Origin: Strigamia acuminata
Lineage: Eukaryota
Assembly (NCBI GenBank): GCA_949358305.1
Contig: OX442314.1
Coordinates: 5,580,001 to 5,644,000, forward strand
DNA length: 64,000 nucleotides
Reading direction: 5' to 3'
In this document: piece by piece, positions 32,673 to 44,738 of the stretch
Layout of the letters: each line of letters begins with the position of its first letter
Numbering within the stretch: the stretch's first letter is position 1
The notes under the pieces: model-generated
Told to the model about the DNA's origin: nothing
What the model saw: the letters and a program-made list of their open reading frames with translations, nothing else
Database searches by the model: none
Translations under genes and position numbers: made by a program

Positions 32673-35210
32673 AGGAATGTCACCTTTTTTATCCATTAAA
32701 AAAAGGTATAAAAGTGGAGGTTAGGAACAAGGGTAACTTGTCCCAACTTGGTCAACAATCTCCACGTTAAATCAAAAACTCCTTTCCTTAGACAGAGAAA
32801 AACGTTTCACAGATATGGACACATTGAATGTTGGAGGTCGACTGAAGAACTTGGAGAAGTTCTACAGTGTAGGGGCTGCCATATCCTGTTTACATTAATA
32901 AACACAGTCTATGGCAGGTTGGTTGACCACCCAGCTTGATGTGGTTGTAACTGTTGGATCATACCATGGCGGGTAAGACCATATCTCCGTCACATGGTTT
33001 AGACACAACAAAACTCTCACAAACACTGAACCTTCAAACATCAATAAATCATGTAAGAAGTTAACACCTCATCAATTCAAAATTACAATCAACATTACTA
33101 CAGATAAAAACAAACTCTATTTTTAAACATAAAATGATCTAACACAATATGTATAACTCTAAAATACACTTTTCAAAGTAAAGAAAATAAAAGCAATACA
33201 CCAGTGACCTCTGGGGTGACGACAATGGGCGGATGATTGGTAGTGATGATTACATTTCTATGAAATGAATCCTAATATTTGTTGTCGTGAAATAGTGTAG
33301 TGACCACCAAAATGAAAAAAGTTCACTTTTTTCTTTTAGAACAAAATCAATTTCTGTGTGAGTGGTCAAGATAGTCCGGTCAGTTTTTCTGTAACAACTT
33401 GTATCAAATCAATTGTATAATATCAACAAATAAATGATGTTACTTACGAGTAAAAAAAGAAAAAAAATTTCTATTGTCTGCATATTTTTTATTCGAAACA
33501 AACATGAAATAAATGACTCAATAATCGTCGTAGAGTTACCATGGGGAATGAAACATTACAGTAAACAGGAGAGAAGAGACAAGTCAAAACACATCTCTGG
33601 TCTGGCCCCAAATACGAAAAAAACAGCAGTATAATGCAGAAAAATTACTTGATTGAAAGAAATATGCGAAGATTAAGAAAACTACGTACAGAAATTCAAT
33701 TCATGATAAAAGATGACGACGACAAACCGAACTGTAGTTTAATTGGTTTGGATGATTTCGTAAGCAGTAGAAAACATTGGAGCAGACGTCATTTATTTTG
33801 GCTAATTTTGCTCCTATTTTGCACATGCATGCTCACTTATCAGACATGTGACAGAATAATGCTTTACTTAAGTTATCCTACGGCTGTTGATGTAATGAGC
33901 AAATCAGAAGATATTGTGTTACCAAATTTGATAATCTGTAGTGGCAACACAAAAGAAATGGCCAGGCTTTGGAATAAAAGTGATGACCATTCAAGCCCCT
34001 ATGAATGTTCAAACATGGTCAAACAACTGATGGCAATTCCAAATTACAATATGGATGAACTTTGGAAAGCGACCAATTTGACCAAAGAGATAGTTAGCGT
34101 AAAAATGAAGGTAAAAAATATAATTAATCTTTTACATGAAAACTCCTAATTTAATTTTGCAGGGATTTTCAAACCAAACAGTTGTTCTTACGGAAACTAA
34201 CACTGCATTTGGAATATGCTCAACATTTCAATTTTGTAATTATAAACAAAAAAAATACTGTATATACTTGATAATACAAATATGATTTATTGGTCTAGCC
34301 GTAGCGTGTGGTGACCCAGTTGGATAAGTGTCCCCCCAGAGCGGATACTTGTCCTCTGAGTCACTGTGATTGAAGAGTCGTTCCCCCCCGAGTTGGCTCC
34401 ACCTCCCCATGGCAGGTGTGTGCCCCGAGGGGGAGGAAGCGGCTGGTGGTCAGCCCCCATTGGTTGATCGCCGGCCCTTCACCCCACTGCATAAAAGGCT
34501 GTGTTTCCCGCCTAAAGTCAGAACTTACACAAACGACACCAAGAACACAGCAACTACCTCACCGTCAGGCCAACTTCAACTACAAGTTAGGATTGATCGA
34601 GGATCGCTGAGTAAAGTGCAAACTGTAACTCTCACGAAGTCACTTGCGAGCTATTCCTGCGAAAGCACGAGAATAGCCCTTGTGAAATCACCCAGAATAA
34701 TCGCCCAGACGATTATTCGCCGAAGTAAGTGTCCGAGCGCTTTGTAGGGAACCCCAAAGTTCCTAGACGAGGCCTCTGCGACGCTAAACCAAACCCTAGA
34801 CAACAGGCACGGATAGAAGACTCGAGAGAGCATTCCACCGCGTCCGTGAAGACGAATCCGTGACGAATTAACGACAACTCGAGACGCCGCCTTTGTTCCG
34901 CCGACCACGCGGAATCGACGACGCCATCTTGAGAAATCCTTTGTTCGACGCTGACCACGTCGACTCTAGAATTATTACTGAGTGTATTTTAAAGGCATAA
35001 AGCCTGGTGAATAAATTAACTGTTTATTTACATACATTTGGTATTCATTTGGGTATTTGCATAATTGATCACAGGTAAAGTATTACACGTTAGCGCTATT
35101 TAAACCTATACAAAGTAGGACGCGACACGTGGGGGTCTGTCCGGGATTTAGAAATAAATCTCAAATCTGAACTTGTGATCTCTCAATAAGATAACCCAAA
35201 TCGAAAGAAA

Positions 35211-38200
35211 ATGTCAGACAAAGACGAACAATCCACGTCTGAAACCGAGCAGAGAATGCCCGAGAAGGGAAAAAGGACCTCCGACTACCACCTAAGGTCG
35301 GATGGCCCCGTCCCTGAAATGTCCGCAAAGGCGAAAGCCCGAGCGAACAAAAGGAGAGCGAAGGCGCAGAAAGAGGAGCAAGCTGCATCGCTCGCGGCCC
35401 TAGACGGGCCAGAGCGAGAGCGGGTTCCCTTGAATATGCAACCCTTCGAAGATACCGATACGGAAGCCCTAGAAAATCGAGAAGAAATTCGCGACGTATC
35501 ACCAGGACGAGTATCGATATTGATGACCGAGGAGACGAACCAAGCTCCAAAAAAAAAAACGGTCACGGTCGGCACAAACCCATCGCCACCAACGGCTCAG
35601 ATGTCCGTAGAGCAAACCCCACGGAAAAACGACGGCGGGACCCCGATAACCCCCCGAGTTACGGCGAGTCCTGCAGTTGTTTCCTTCGAAGTATCTCACC
35701 TAATTCGGTTGACGCAGCAAGCTGCCCAGCTGAAAGCGATGATAGACATTCCAGTAGGAACGTCAGTCTGGGAATCGATTACCCTACTCACTGACGCTAT
35801 CTGTGCGGCACAAGCCCCGACGCCGGTCGCAAGACCAGCAGCGGAGACGCCCATGCCCCAGGTAACGCCCAGTGACACCGGAGGTTTTGCACCAGACCCC
35901 AACAAAGCACTTCACGAATCCAGAGAGAAAGCCCGCGAAGAAGCCAGACAAGAAGCGATTAATCGCCAACGAAGACTGAGCGCAGAGCGGCGAGAACTCT
36001 GGAGGGAAGAGGAAGAAAGGGAGCAACGCGAGAGAAGAACCACCGAGAGAACAGAGAAACTAGTCCAAAAAATGAGGGAAGAACGAGAAGCTAAAATTCG
36101 AAAAGAATGGAACGCAACAGTAGAAGGGCGACATCGAGAAGCTCAAGAGTACGAAGACCAATTTCAAGCGCTCGTAGCTCAAAGAAAAGCAGAAAAGCTA
36201 CAAATGTTGCGAAAAGAAGCCATTTTACAACATCAGAAATGGGAAGAGAAACATCGCGAGAGGCTGAGAGAAGAGGAAGCCAGAAAAGAAAAAGAGCAAT
36301 TTCTAAAAGAGAAAGAAGAATGGGAACGAGACAGATGGACCGAAGAGTACAAAGCGAAGAAGCAAGCCATAATAGACGAGCAAAAAAGATGGGAAGCCGA
36401 AAACTGGGAAAAAGAAACGGAAAAGTTCCAAAAAGAGTACGAACAAGACGACTCGGACAGGAAGAAAAATGAAGAAAACCTGAAACGGAAACCAGAACCC
36501 CCCAGCGGCTCTGATACCGACACAGGAGAAGGTGCAACAAAGCCGGCAAAAACGGCGAAAAGGGGGAAATCTCGAAAGAGAGACGAGTCGGTCCCAAAAA
36601 CAAAGGACCGTCACCCCTCAAAAAGATCCGAGACGGGAGCAGCCATCGACGCGTTACTCGAAAAGAAAAACGCAAATAAAAATCGGGAACGCCCCGAAAG
36701 CGAGGAAAACAGATGGCATTCTTTTTACGAGAACAACGACGGAGAGGAGCCGCCGCCATCCGGAGGCTCGAAAGAGAAGAAGGCTGGCGGAGAGACCCCA
36801 CCGAGAGGGCCGAGGTTTCACCCCCAAGGAGATCCCTCCGAGCCCTCCGATTCGTCGGACGACGACAACCCGAGTCGACCATCTACAGGGAGGAGTCGAG
36901 AGGGCAGCGATGGGCACCGGTCGAACCGACCGAATGCTTCAAACCGCTCTTCCCGAAGCTCCAACCCTCGCTCCGAAGAAGGGAACTTTCAGGACTCATC
37001 TGGCCGCCATTACACGATGGCTGAGCTAGGCCGAGCCCTGCTGAACTCTTTCAGAAGAGAAGGAATTGATCTAGGCCATCCAGGCGACGAGCATAACCGC
37101 GCAGGAGAGAGGGTTAAGCGCAAATATGGCGTACGCAACGAACCAAGCGGTGAAGCCACGGGTAACATCCGCTGGCAGCACTATATTCAAATGCGATTTG
37201 ACGGTTCGTGGAAAGCCGGAGACCGCTTCCTGGACGAAGTAATGCGTATCAAGAAAGCGACAAAAGCCACCGTCGCCGACATGCTAACCCACGGTCTAGT
37301 GGAACTAACCACGGGATCAGCTCGAGAATGGTATCAGGGACTGAAAAACCCAACCTGGGACGATTTTCTCGTCCGTTTCGATCTCCGATACGGCGAGACT
37401 CCAGACGAGATCAGTAACAAACTACGTGGTCTACGACAAGCCCCAGGAGAAACATTAGCCGACTACGACGCCCGAGCGAAACTTCTGTTTGCAAGAGCGC
37501 CGTATGAAATAAACCCCGCTGGTTTTACGATGATCTTTTACGGAGGATTATCGGCCCACTCGCAAAGAATTCTGCTAGACATGCGTGCACCCCGCACTGG
37601 CGATTACCAAGATGTCAGTAACTATCTTCTAACAAACACGTTAGAAATAGAACAGCGGTATTACGCCACTCTGCCCCCGGAAGAAGCTGACGCGCACGAG
37701 AAACGGTTGCAGACGAGCGCCGAACGTCACAAGACCTCAGAGAAATTAATGAGACCAAGTGAATATTTGAGCGGCATAATGAGTCTCACCGAAGCATCCT
37801 TCGGACAAATGCTGACGCCTAAAACAGGCAGTACTCTTCCAGCCAACCCGATAGCTGCCCCAAAGAAAGCACCGGCAGCAACGGCGATGCAGGTGACCTC
37901 GACGGACTCCACCCAGATGGAGAAAGTCGAAGAGGCAACACCTCTCGCCACGGCTAAAGAAGAAGAGCCAGCGTCAAGCGACGAGGAAGCCCTAAATGAG
38001 CACCTCGAAAACTTATCGACGGGATGCGACGATCAAGGACCCTATTTGCACCACGCGCACCGAGCCCTAGCAATCGCACAATTCAGAGCATTTACGAATT
38101 GTAAATGAACTTCACGATGGGTGATGAATTGTAAAACAGCAAAAGCGACGGTCGAAATAAAACTTAACAACTTTTAATTTTACTTGAGTTGAAAAATGAC

Positions 38201-41200
38201 ATTCTTTTTCACAAGTGACGCGTGGTCAGCGAGTTGAGGGTGGAATGTGTGGTGCATAGAAAAAACGGGGTCTACATCCGGTCAACAAGGGCCGAAAGAT
38301 ACCCAATTTACATAAAAGAGGGCTCTCGAAAAGACCCTCGAGCGATTTATATAACACAAAAAGAACACAGACAATTTAATGCAATAACACAACTGAAAAG
38401 TCAGCAAAAACCATGATGAAACACAATTAAACACGATAATACACAATAAGGCACAATGAATGAAAAAGAACACAAAACACAAAACAAAACACAAAACACT
38501 TAATTGTAATAAACACAAATCAATCACTAAATTCAATCGATAATTAAACTAAGACAAAATTACTAAAATCAAATACATGAATAAACATTAAAAACAAATT
38601 AAATCAGTCTAGATTTTACATTGGGGGGGGGGGGAATTCAATTAGTCTGAAGCCTCTAAAGAACACAGTCTTTGTACTGGGCGTCTCAAAGTTTTTCCTT
38701 CGGGCAAAGTCAATTCACAAGAGCGTATTTTTTCGTCCCGTCCGATAAAGGTATTTGAAACTCTTGCCATTTTCCATGACATTCGAGGCTGACCTTGTTC
38801 TTGAATGAGAACCAAATCCCCAATTTGAACTTCTTTTGAGGTTCGTACACGACGGAATTCACGAAGCTCGACAAGGTACTCGTGCGTCCAACGACGCCAA
38901 AGCAAATTAATCAAACGTTGACGCAGCTTCCATCGCTTCACGAGCTCGGGTCGAAATGAATTGTCGACACGACTTTCTGGACTGTAGACGTCTGGAAGCG
39001 TGATGAGACGTCCTCCGGTCAAAAAATGAGAAGGCGTCAGCGGTTCTTGCTCCAACGGATCGTCCGTAACGTAAGTGATTGGTCTCGAATTAACCGCAGC
39101 TTCGACCTCTGTCAAAACGGTCGACAGTTCTTCAAAGTCCAACGATGATCGAGCAAGGACTTTTTTTAAGCTCAGTTTAACAGTTTTGACCAGTCGCTCC
39201 CAAAATCCGCCCCACCACGGAGCCAATTCGACGATAAATTTCCACTGTATTTTTTGCTTTGACAAGAACCCCTGGAACAGCTCGTGCGAGAAGCTGTTGA
39301 TGAATAAAGACAAGTCTTTTTCGGCTCGCTTAAAGGTTTTAGCATTGTCTGAGTAGACAATGCCAGGGACTCCTCTTCTTGCAATAAGTCGTTTAAATGC
39401 GAGAATGAATTTCTCCGTAGTGAGATCAGATACAAGTTCTAAATGAACAGCTCGCACCACGGCACAAGTGAACAGAGCGATGTAAGTCTTTTTTCCGTTT
39501 TTAGTGTATAGTGGTCCGGCGAAGTCTATGCCAATAATTTGAAATGGCTCCGCACGATTCACTCTGTCCGCAGGTAGCAGACCGACCGTTTGAGTCATCA
39601 ATTTTGCGTTCACTCTTCGACAAGTCACGCATCGGGAAATCAATGTCTTGATGAATTTTCTTCCTTTTTTAACCCAGTATTTCGCTCTAAATTCTGACAG
39701 AGTGTTGCCTAGTCCTCCATGTAAAGTTCTATGATGACAATCTTCGACTATTAATTTTACAGCCGGTGAATTTGAATCCAAAACGATGGGGCTCACAAAA
39801 TTTTCTATTCCCGTGTTAAAACGTATTCTCGAGTCGATTCGTATAATTTCATTCTGGTCGAGAACTACGGCTACGCTTGCTAGGGGTGAATCGCTTTTCA
39901 GTTTCGTTGAATTTTTCAAGCTATATATTTCCTCCGAAAATCTCTGTTTTTGTATACTGCGCAACCAATAAATTTCGGCTGTTTCTAACTCTTCCGTCTT
40001 TAACGGTCCGATGACTGTTTCGATTTTTCTTGAATTGTGGCAAAATCTCAAAATCCAGGCGGTGATTCGTTTGACTTTGGTCCAACTGCTGTACTTTTCA
40101 ATATCGAAAATCGCCTCTTCACTTGATCGAGTCACATTTACGCGAGTATCTATTTCTTCAATTTCTTCTTCAAAGTTGGACTCTGTTTCTTCGTCGAATT
40201 TTTGTGGCCAATGTGTCTCGTCCTTTTTCAGCCACTCAGGGCCGCTCCACCATTCGATGTCTTGAACCAATTTGTCGGCCTCCATTCCTCGGGTTAACTT
40301 ATCCGCTGGATTGACCTTCCCCGGGCAATGACGCCAACAGGCGACCTCGGTGTTCGTGCGGATTTCGCGGACTCGGTTCGAGACGAATGGATTTGACTTC
40401 TTCTGTTGCTCGCGAATCCAGAAATATGTAATGGACGAATCGGTCCAGTAGAAAACACGCTGAATTTCTAACTTCTTGAGTTTCACGGCAACTCGCGACA
40501 GCAGCAATGCGCCCATCAATTCGAGTTTGGGCAGCGTTAAAGACTTCAGTGGTGCAACGCGCGACTTCGACATACAGAGTGTGACTTCTACGGATGTTTC
40601 ATTTTTTGTTCGAATGTAGACCACGACTCCATATGCTTTGGGGCTTGCGTCGCAAAACAAATGCAATTCACGATCTGGATTTGATTGTTGTCCAGCGCTG
40701 TAATGTCGAGGAACGGCAATTTTTCTTAGCAATACGACTTGTTGTCGCCAACTTGACCATTGTTTTGAAATGTCGGGGGGTAATGGCGAATCCCAACCTA
40801 TATTTCGAGTCCATAATTCCTGGAACATCAGTTTGCCGACAATTACGAATGGTGTCGCAAATCCTAATGGATCGTAAATCCTTGCCACGGACTGAACGAT
40901 CAAACGTTTTGATTCCTTGAGTTGATCTTGTGCGTCAGCCCATTCGCCTATTTCGAGCAGGAGGTGGTCGGTTATAAAGTTCCAGATCAGTCCCAACACG
41001 GACGTCGAGTGTTTGTCGGCGTCGACCAGATTTGCGTCCGACGGAATTTCTCTCGCAAAAAGTTCTCGCAAGCTTTGTGAGTTCGATTGCCATTTGCGTA
41101 GGGGCATGTGCGCTTCCATCATCAATTTGCGAGCTTCGTGGAATATTTTTTCCACCTCCCCTTCGGATTTGGCGCAACCGAGCAAGTCGTCGACGTAAAA

Positions 41201-44200
41201 TTTATCTTTGATTTGAGCAACTGTTTCTTCATATTTTTCACGCATGTTGTCGAGATGTAGTTGAATTGAGTCGTTTAAAAGGTAGGGACTTGATTTGACT
41301 CCGAATACTACTCTTTTCTGGCGCATAACTCTGGGCTTCACAAACTGCCGACCGTCCCATTCTTCCGGTGTCCAAAGGAAACGAACGAAATCCCGATCTG
41401 CCATTCTCAGCAATAGCTGTAAAAACGCCTTTTCTATGTCCGAAAGATAAGCAAATGGTTCTTTTCGAAACAAAATCAGCAATATAAGTATTTCTGGCAG
41501 CAAATTAGGACCGCTGTCCAGGCAATCGTTCAGTGAAAGTTCATTTTTTCCTTTAGCTGAGGCATCGAAAACGATCCGAATCTTTGTCGTGACGCGATCT
41601 TCTTTAATAACGGCTCGGTGTGGCATGTAGTACGAATTTTCATGTTGCGGTTCATTAACTTCTTCGATTATTCCATCACGTATTTGATCGTCGAAAATTT
41701 GTTTGTAGGCGGCGTAGAATCCTGGATTTTTCTTAAATTTTCTTACCAGATTCCAAAAACGTTTCTCAGCAATTTCGTAATTATTGTGAAGTTTTCTCGG
41801 TTCGACCAACCACGGCAATGCGACGACGTATCTTCCTTCTTCTCTCGTCACTTGTTCGCGAAAACGAATTGCGCAGGAATTTCGATCGGTCAATGTTTCG
41901 TCTTCACTCTCGTGGCGAATGCCGATGGATTCGAGCTCCCAGAATTTTTTCAGACTCTCGTCCAGTCGCTCCTCGAGACGCACACTGCACACGCGGGTGA
42001 CTAGTGTGGACATTGTCGTGACATTTATTGATGACCCCATCAAAGTCCAGCCAAATAGCGTCTCTATGGCGATCAAATTTTCCTCGATTTTTCGTATGCA
42101 TCCCGTAAGTATCTTCGCGATACAGTCTGCGCCTAAAAGAATAAAAATATCGCAATTAGTATTGTTTCCAGAATCAATCACGATTTGATCGCGTTCGAGG
42201 GCGGCTCGTAAGCCAGCCTGCAATTTGGTACAAATGGGTTTTGTAATCCATGGCGTTTCAAGCGCATTAACGCAGAGCGATCGATTTTTGTCGCCAACAT
42301 TGCACAATTTGAGTTCAAATCGATTTCCTTTAGTGTTCAATGGTGTCTGATTTCCAAAAGTGTGCACGCTTAAATGTTCCTCTCCATTCGGCTTTAAATG
42401 CATGTCTTTTGCCAAACTAGCCAGTACGAAGGAACTTTGGCTTCCGGGATCGATCAAACATTGCACGGTGGACTCACGAGATTCGTTTTGAATTTTTACG
42501 AATATTGTTGCCAATGTTGTGGTCGGAGGTTGAGCGTACGCAGCGAGATTTTCGTTGGTTGATACGAGCAGAGTGACTTTTTCTTTTGGTGTCTCAGATG
42601 GTCCTTCGCACACGAGTTGGTTGTGATGGCGTTGACACAGTTTACATGTCACACGGTAGGTGCAGTTTCGAGACGAATGTCCCTTTTTTAAGCATTTGAA
42701 GCAGCGACCTTCCTTTTTGACGAATTCTTTACGCTCGGTTGCCGTCGTTAAACACCCGTCACGCTCATGAGTCTTGTTGCAAAACATGCAATTGCTGATT
42801 GTTGTGCTCAAAACACGAGCAGACGGCACGCGGTTGTGAGTTTTGTGAACAGGCTTGTCCACATCAACTTTTTCAGGTTTGCTTTTTTCTGTTGAGCGGT
42901 GAAGATCTTGAAAGTTCTCAATTTTATTGTGGTGCACGAGTTCGTTACGCACCATGTCCAACAAATCTTTAGCTTTGTATTTCCCGTCGGGATATTGACG
43001 TGAAAATTCCAGCGAAATTTGTCGTGGCACTAGTCCTAGAATGAGTGGACACGCTGTTGCGTCAATGGCATCAACATTCATATTTGCCGCATTCAGACCG
43101 CGTACGTGTGTTTCACACTCATCGTACAATTTTTGAAGAGGAATAGGATCGAGAATATCACGTACGGGTTTCATTTTCATTAGGGAGCGTAAATGTGCGC
43201 TGAGAAGAACATCTGTACGGCCAAAGCGTTCGAGCAACAATTTTTTAGCGATCGGATAGTTTTCATTTGTTGGCGGTAATCCCTTCAACACGAGTGCTGC
43301 TTCTCCATCCAAGAGCGACTTTAAATACACCAATTTACTTTGCGCAGAAATGTTCGTTTTGGTGTCAATTGAGATCTCAAAATTACCCCAAAAGTCAGCC
43401 CAGTCCAGCGGATCTCCTTTGAATTTAATTGTGTCGTACTTGGGCAGTCGCATGGGTGAGTCTTGTGGCACACTCGCGGTCCCGTGGTAATTATTTGTTA
43501 TCGGCGGGAGTACAGGTGTGGTTGGGGGCGCGATGAAAGTAATTAGCGCCTCGTCGATTTCGACACCACAATCAATAATTTTTTCGTGATATTCAGTCTC
43601 GGATCGAGTGATTTCTTCATCTATCTCTTGTTCGTCGGTGAGCATGGCCAAGATTTTGGCGTCGAGCGATTTGAGTTCATTTGATTTTGCTTGTAGATGC
43701 ACTTTTATCTTTTTTAAATCGAGTTCATTTATAGGTATACCAGCGAGAATTGTTTTGGCCTTCGTTATAGTTGTGGTGGTCAGCCTACGGGTTACTGCAC
43801 GCTGAGCCTTCAACACGGCGAGGTCGTCGGCCATTGTTAAATTCGAGATGCTACTTGCAGTTTTTTCAGATTGAAGTTACGAGTTTGTTCCCTGGAAAGA
43901 TGTCCCGGGTTTCGGCACCAATTTACGAATTGTAAATGAACTTCACGATGGGTGATGAATTGTAAAACAGCAAAAGCGACGGTCGAAATAAAACTTAACA
44001 ACTTTTAATTTTACTTGAGTTGAAAAATGACATTCTTTTTCACAAGTGACGCGTGGTCAGCGAGTTGAGGGTGGAATGTGTGGTGCATAGAAAAAACGGG
44101 GTCTACATCCGGTCAACAAGGGCCGAAAGATACCCAATTTACATAAAAGAGGGCTCTCGAAAAGACCCTCGAGCGATTTATATAACACAAAAAGAACACA

Positions 44201-44720
44201 GACAATTTAATGCAATAACACAACTGAAAAGTCAGCAAAAACCATGATGAAACACAATTAAACACGATAATACACAATAAGGCACAATGAATGAAAAAGA
44301 ACACAAAACACAAAACAAAACACAAAACACTTAATTGTAATAAACACAAATCAATCACTAAATTCAATCGATAATTAAACTAAGACAAAATTACTAAAAT
44401 CAAATACATGAATAAACATTAAAAACAAATTAAATCAGTCTAGATTTTACAGAGCACACGTGCAGGCAACAAAAGCGAGAGGGGCATTGGGAGGAAAAAG
44501 ACGATTCCCGACGCCCTTCGTCCCGAAAAAACCGGGATTCACTCCCACAGGGGATAAAAGTAACATCAAATGTTACAGCTGCGGAGAATACGGTCACTAT
44601 TCCGACAAATGCGAAAAAACCGTCAAAGAAAAGGGCATCATGCAAACCTTGATGAAAATGATGATGGAGTTGAATACTAATCTGGCAAAAAACTCCCAAG
44701 CGCAGGCGTCGCCGAAATAA
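35211..44720 (+). CDS. gag: Gypsy gag (~1047 aa), split by the BEL insertion: 35211-38090 + 44457-44720
   Basis: Removing BEL and one GAGCA TSD joins ..QFRA|HVQATK.. in frame; retrotransposon-gag motif (GSAREWY..TWDDF..LRQAPGETLADY) and C-terminal CYSCGEYGHYSDKC. Confidence 0.9.
38091..44451 (-). mobile_element. BEL/Pao LTR retrotransposon, full length
   Basis: 530-bp LTRs 38091-38620 and 43922-44451 appear identical; TSD GAGCA; tRNA-Phe PBS TGGTGCCGAAACCCGGGA 43920->43903. Confidence 0.95.
38642..43834 (-). CDS. BEL/Pao gag-pol polyprotein (1730 aa)
   Basis: F.GDPLDW..FW, triple Cys/His knuckles, LIDPGS protease, RIVFDAS, FYVDD, LHLFCDAS, IDFAGP/SDNA/WGGFWER integrase. Confidence 0.95.
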   Translation of the reverse strand: MADDLAVLKAQRAVTRRLTTTTITKAKTILAGIPINELDLKKIKVHLQAKSNELKSLDAKILAMLTDEQEIDEEITRSETEYHEKIIDCGVEIDEALITFIAPPTTPVLPPITNNYHGTASVPQDSPMRLPKYDTIKFKGDPLDWADFWGNFEISIDTKTNISAQSKLVYLKSLLDGEAALVLKGLPPTNENYPIAKKLLLERFGRTDVLLSAHLRSLMKMKPVRDILDPIPLQKLYDECETHVRGLNAANMNVDAIDATACPLILGLVPRQISLEFSRQYPDGKYKAKDLLDMVRNELVHHNKIENFQDLHRSTEKSKPEKVDVDKPVHKTHNRVPSARVLSTTISNCMFCNKTHERDGCLTTATERKEFVKKEGRCFKCLKKGHSSRNCTYRVTCKLCQRHHNQLVCEGPSETPKEKVTLLVSTNENLAAYAQPPTTTLATIFVKIQNESRESTVQCLIDPGSQSSFVLASLAKDMHLKPNGEEHLSVHTFGNQTPLNTKGNRFELKLCNVGDKNRSLCVNALETPWITKPICTKLQAGLRAALERDQIVIDSGNNTNCDIFILLGADCIAKILTGCIRKIEENLIAIETLFGWTLMGSSINVTTMSTLVTRVCSVRLEERLDESLKKFWELESIGIRHESEDETLTDRNSCAIRFREQVTREEGRYVVALPWLVEPRKLHNNYEIAEKRFWNLVRKFKKNPGFYAAYKQIFDDQIRDGIIEEVNEPQHENSYYMPHRAVIKEDRVTTKIRIVFDASAKGKNELSLNDCLDSGPNLLPEILILLILFRKEPFAYLSDIEKAFLQLLLRMADRDFVRFLWTPEEWDGRQFVKPRVMRQKRVVFGVKSSPYLLNDSIQLHLDNMREKYEETVAQIKDKFYVDDLLGCAKSEGEVEKIFHEARKLMMEAHMPLRKWQSNSQSLRELFAREIPSDANLVDADKHSTSVLGLIWNFITDHLLLEIGEWADAQDQLKESKRLIVQSVARIYDPLGFATPFVIVGKLMFQELWTRNIGWDSPLPPDISKQWSSWRQQVVLLRKIAVPRHYSAGQQSNPDRELHLFCDASPKAYGVVVYIRTKNETSVEVTLCMSKSRVAPLKSLTLPKLELMGALLLSRVAVKLKKLEIQRVFYWTDSSITYFWIREQQKKSNPFVSNRVREIRTNTEVACWRHCPGKVNPADKLTRGMEADKLVQDIEWWSGPEWLKKDETHWPQKFDEETESNFEEEIEEIDTRVNVTRSSEEAIFDIEKYSSWTKVKRITAWILRFCHNSRKIETVIGPLKTEELETAEIYWLRSIQKQRFSEEIYSLKNSTKLKSDSPLASVAVVLDQNEIIRIDSRIRFNTGIENFVSPIVLDSNSPAVKLIVEDCHHRTLHGGLGNTLSEFRAKYWVKKGRKFIKTLISRCVTCRRVNAKLMTQTVGLLPADRVNRAEPFQIIGIDFAGPLYTKNGKKTYIALFTCAVVRAVHLELVSDLTTEKFILAFKRLIARRGVPGIVYSDNAKTFKRAEKDLSLFINSFSHELFQGFLSKQKIQWKFIVELAPWWGGFWERLVKTVKLSLKKVLARSSLDFEELSTVLTEVEAAVNSRPITYVTDDPLEQEPLTPSHFLTGGRLITLPDVYSPESRVDNSFRPELVKRWKLRQRLINLLWRRWTHEYLVELREFRRVRTSKEVQIGDLVLIQEQGQPRMSWKMARVSNTFIGRDEKIRSCELTLPEGKTLRRPVQRLCSLEASD

Positions 44721-44738
44721 ATTCAGCTTCGTCTGCGC
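44687..44738 (+). promoter_or_regulatory. -1 programmed ribosomal frameshift signal (gag->pol)
   Basis: In-frame slippery heptamer A AAA AAC 44687-44693, 6-nt spacer, stem GCGCAGGCG...CGTCTGCGC; the -1 frame is open from here into pol. Confidence 0.8.

Noticed and set aside
33434..33634. Remnant of a third upstream DEG/ENaC repeat (NDSIIVVE resembles pre-TM2)
   Set aside because: No TM2 follows and frames differ between paralogs; more likely shared 5' UTR.
34236..34298. Apparent premature TGA/frameshift in paralog B after FGICSTF
   Set aside because: Resolved as a 63-nt GT-AG intron conserved in gene A.
34370..34958. Repeated 64-125-aa ORFs here and at 52770 and 55705
   Set aside because: They recur only because they lie in LTR copies; no coding signature.
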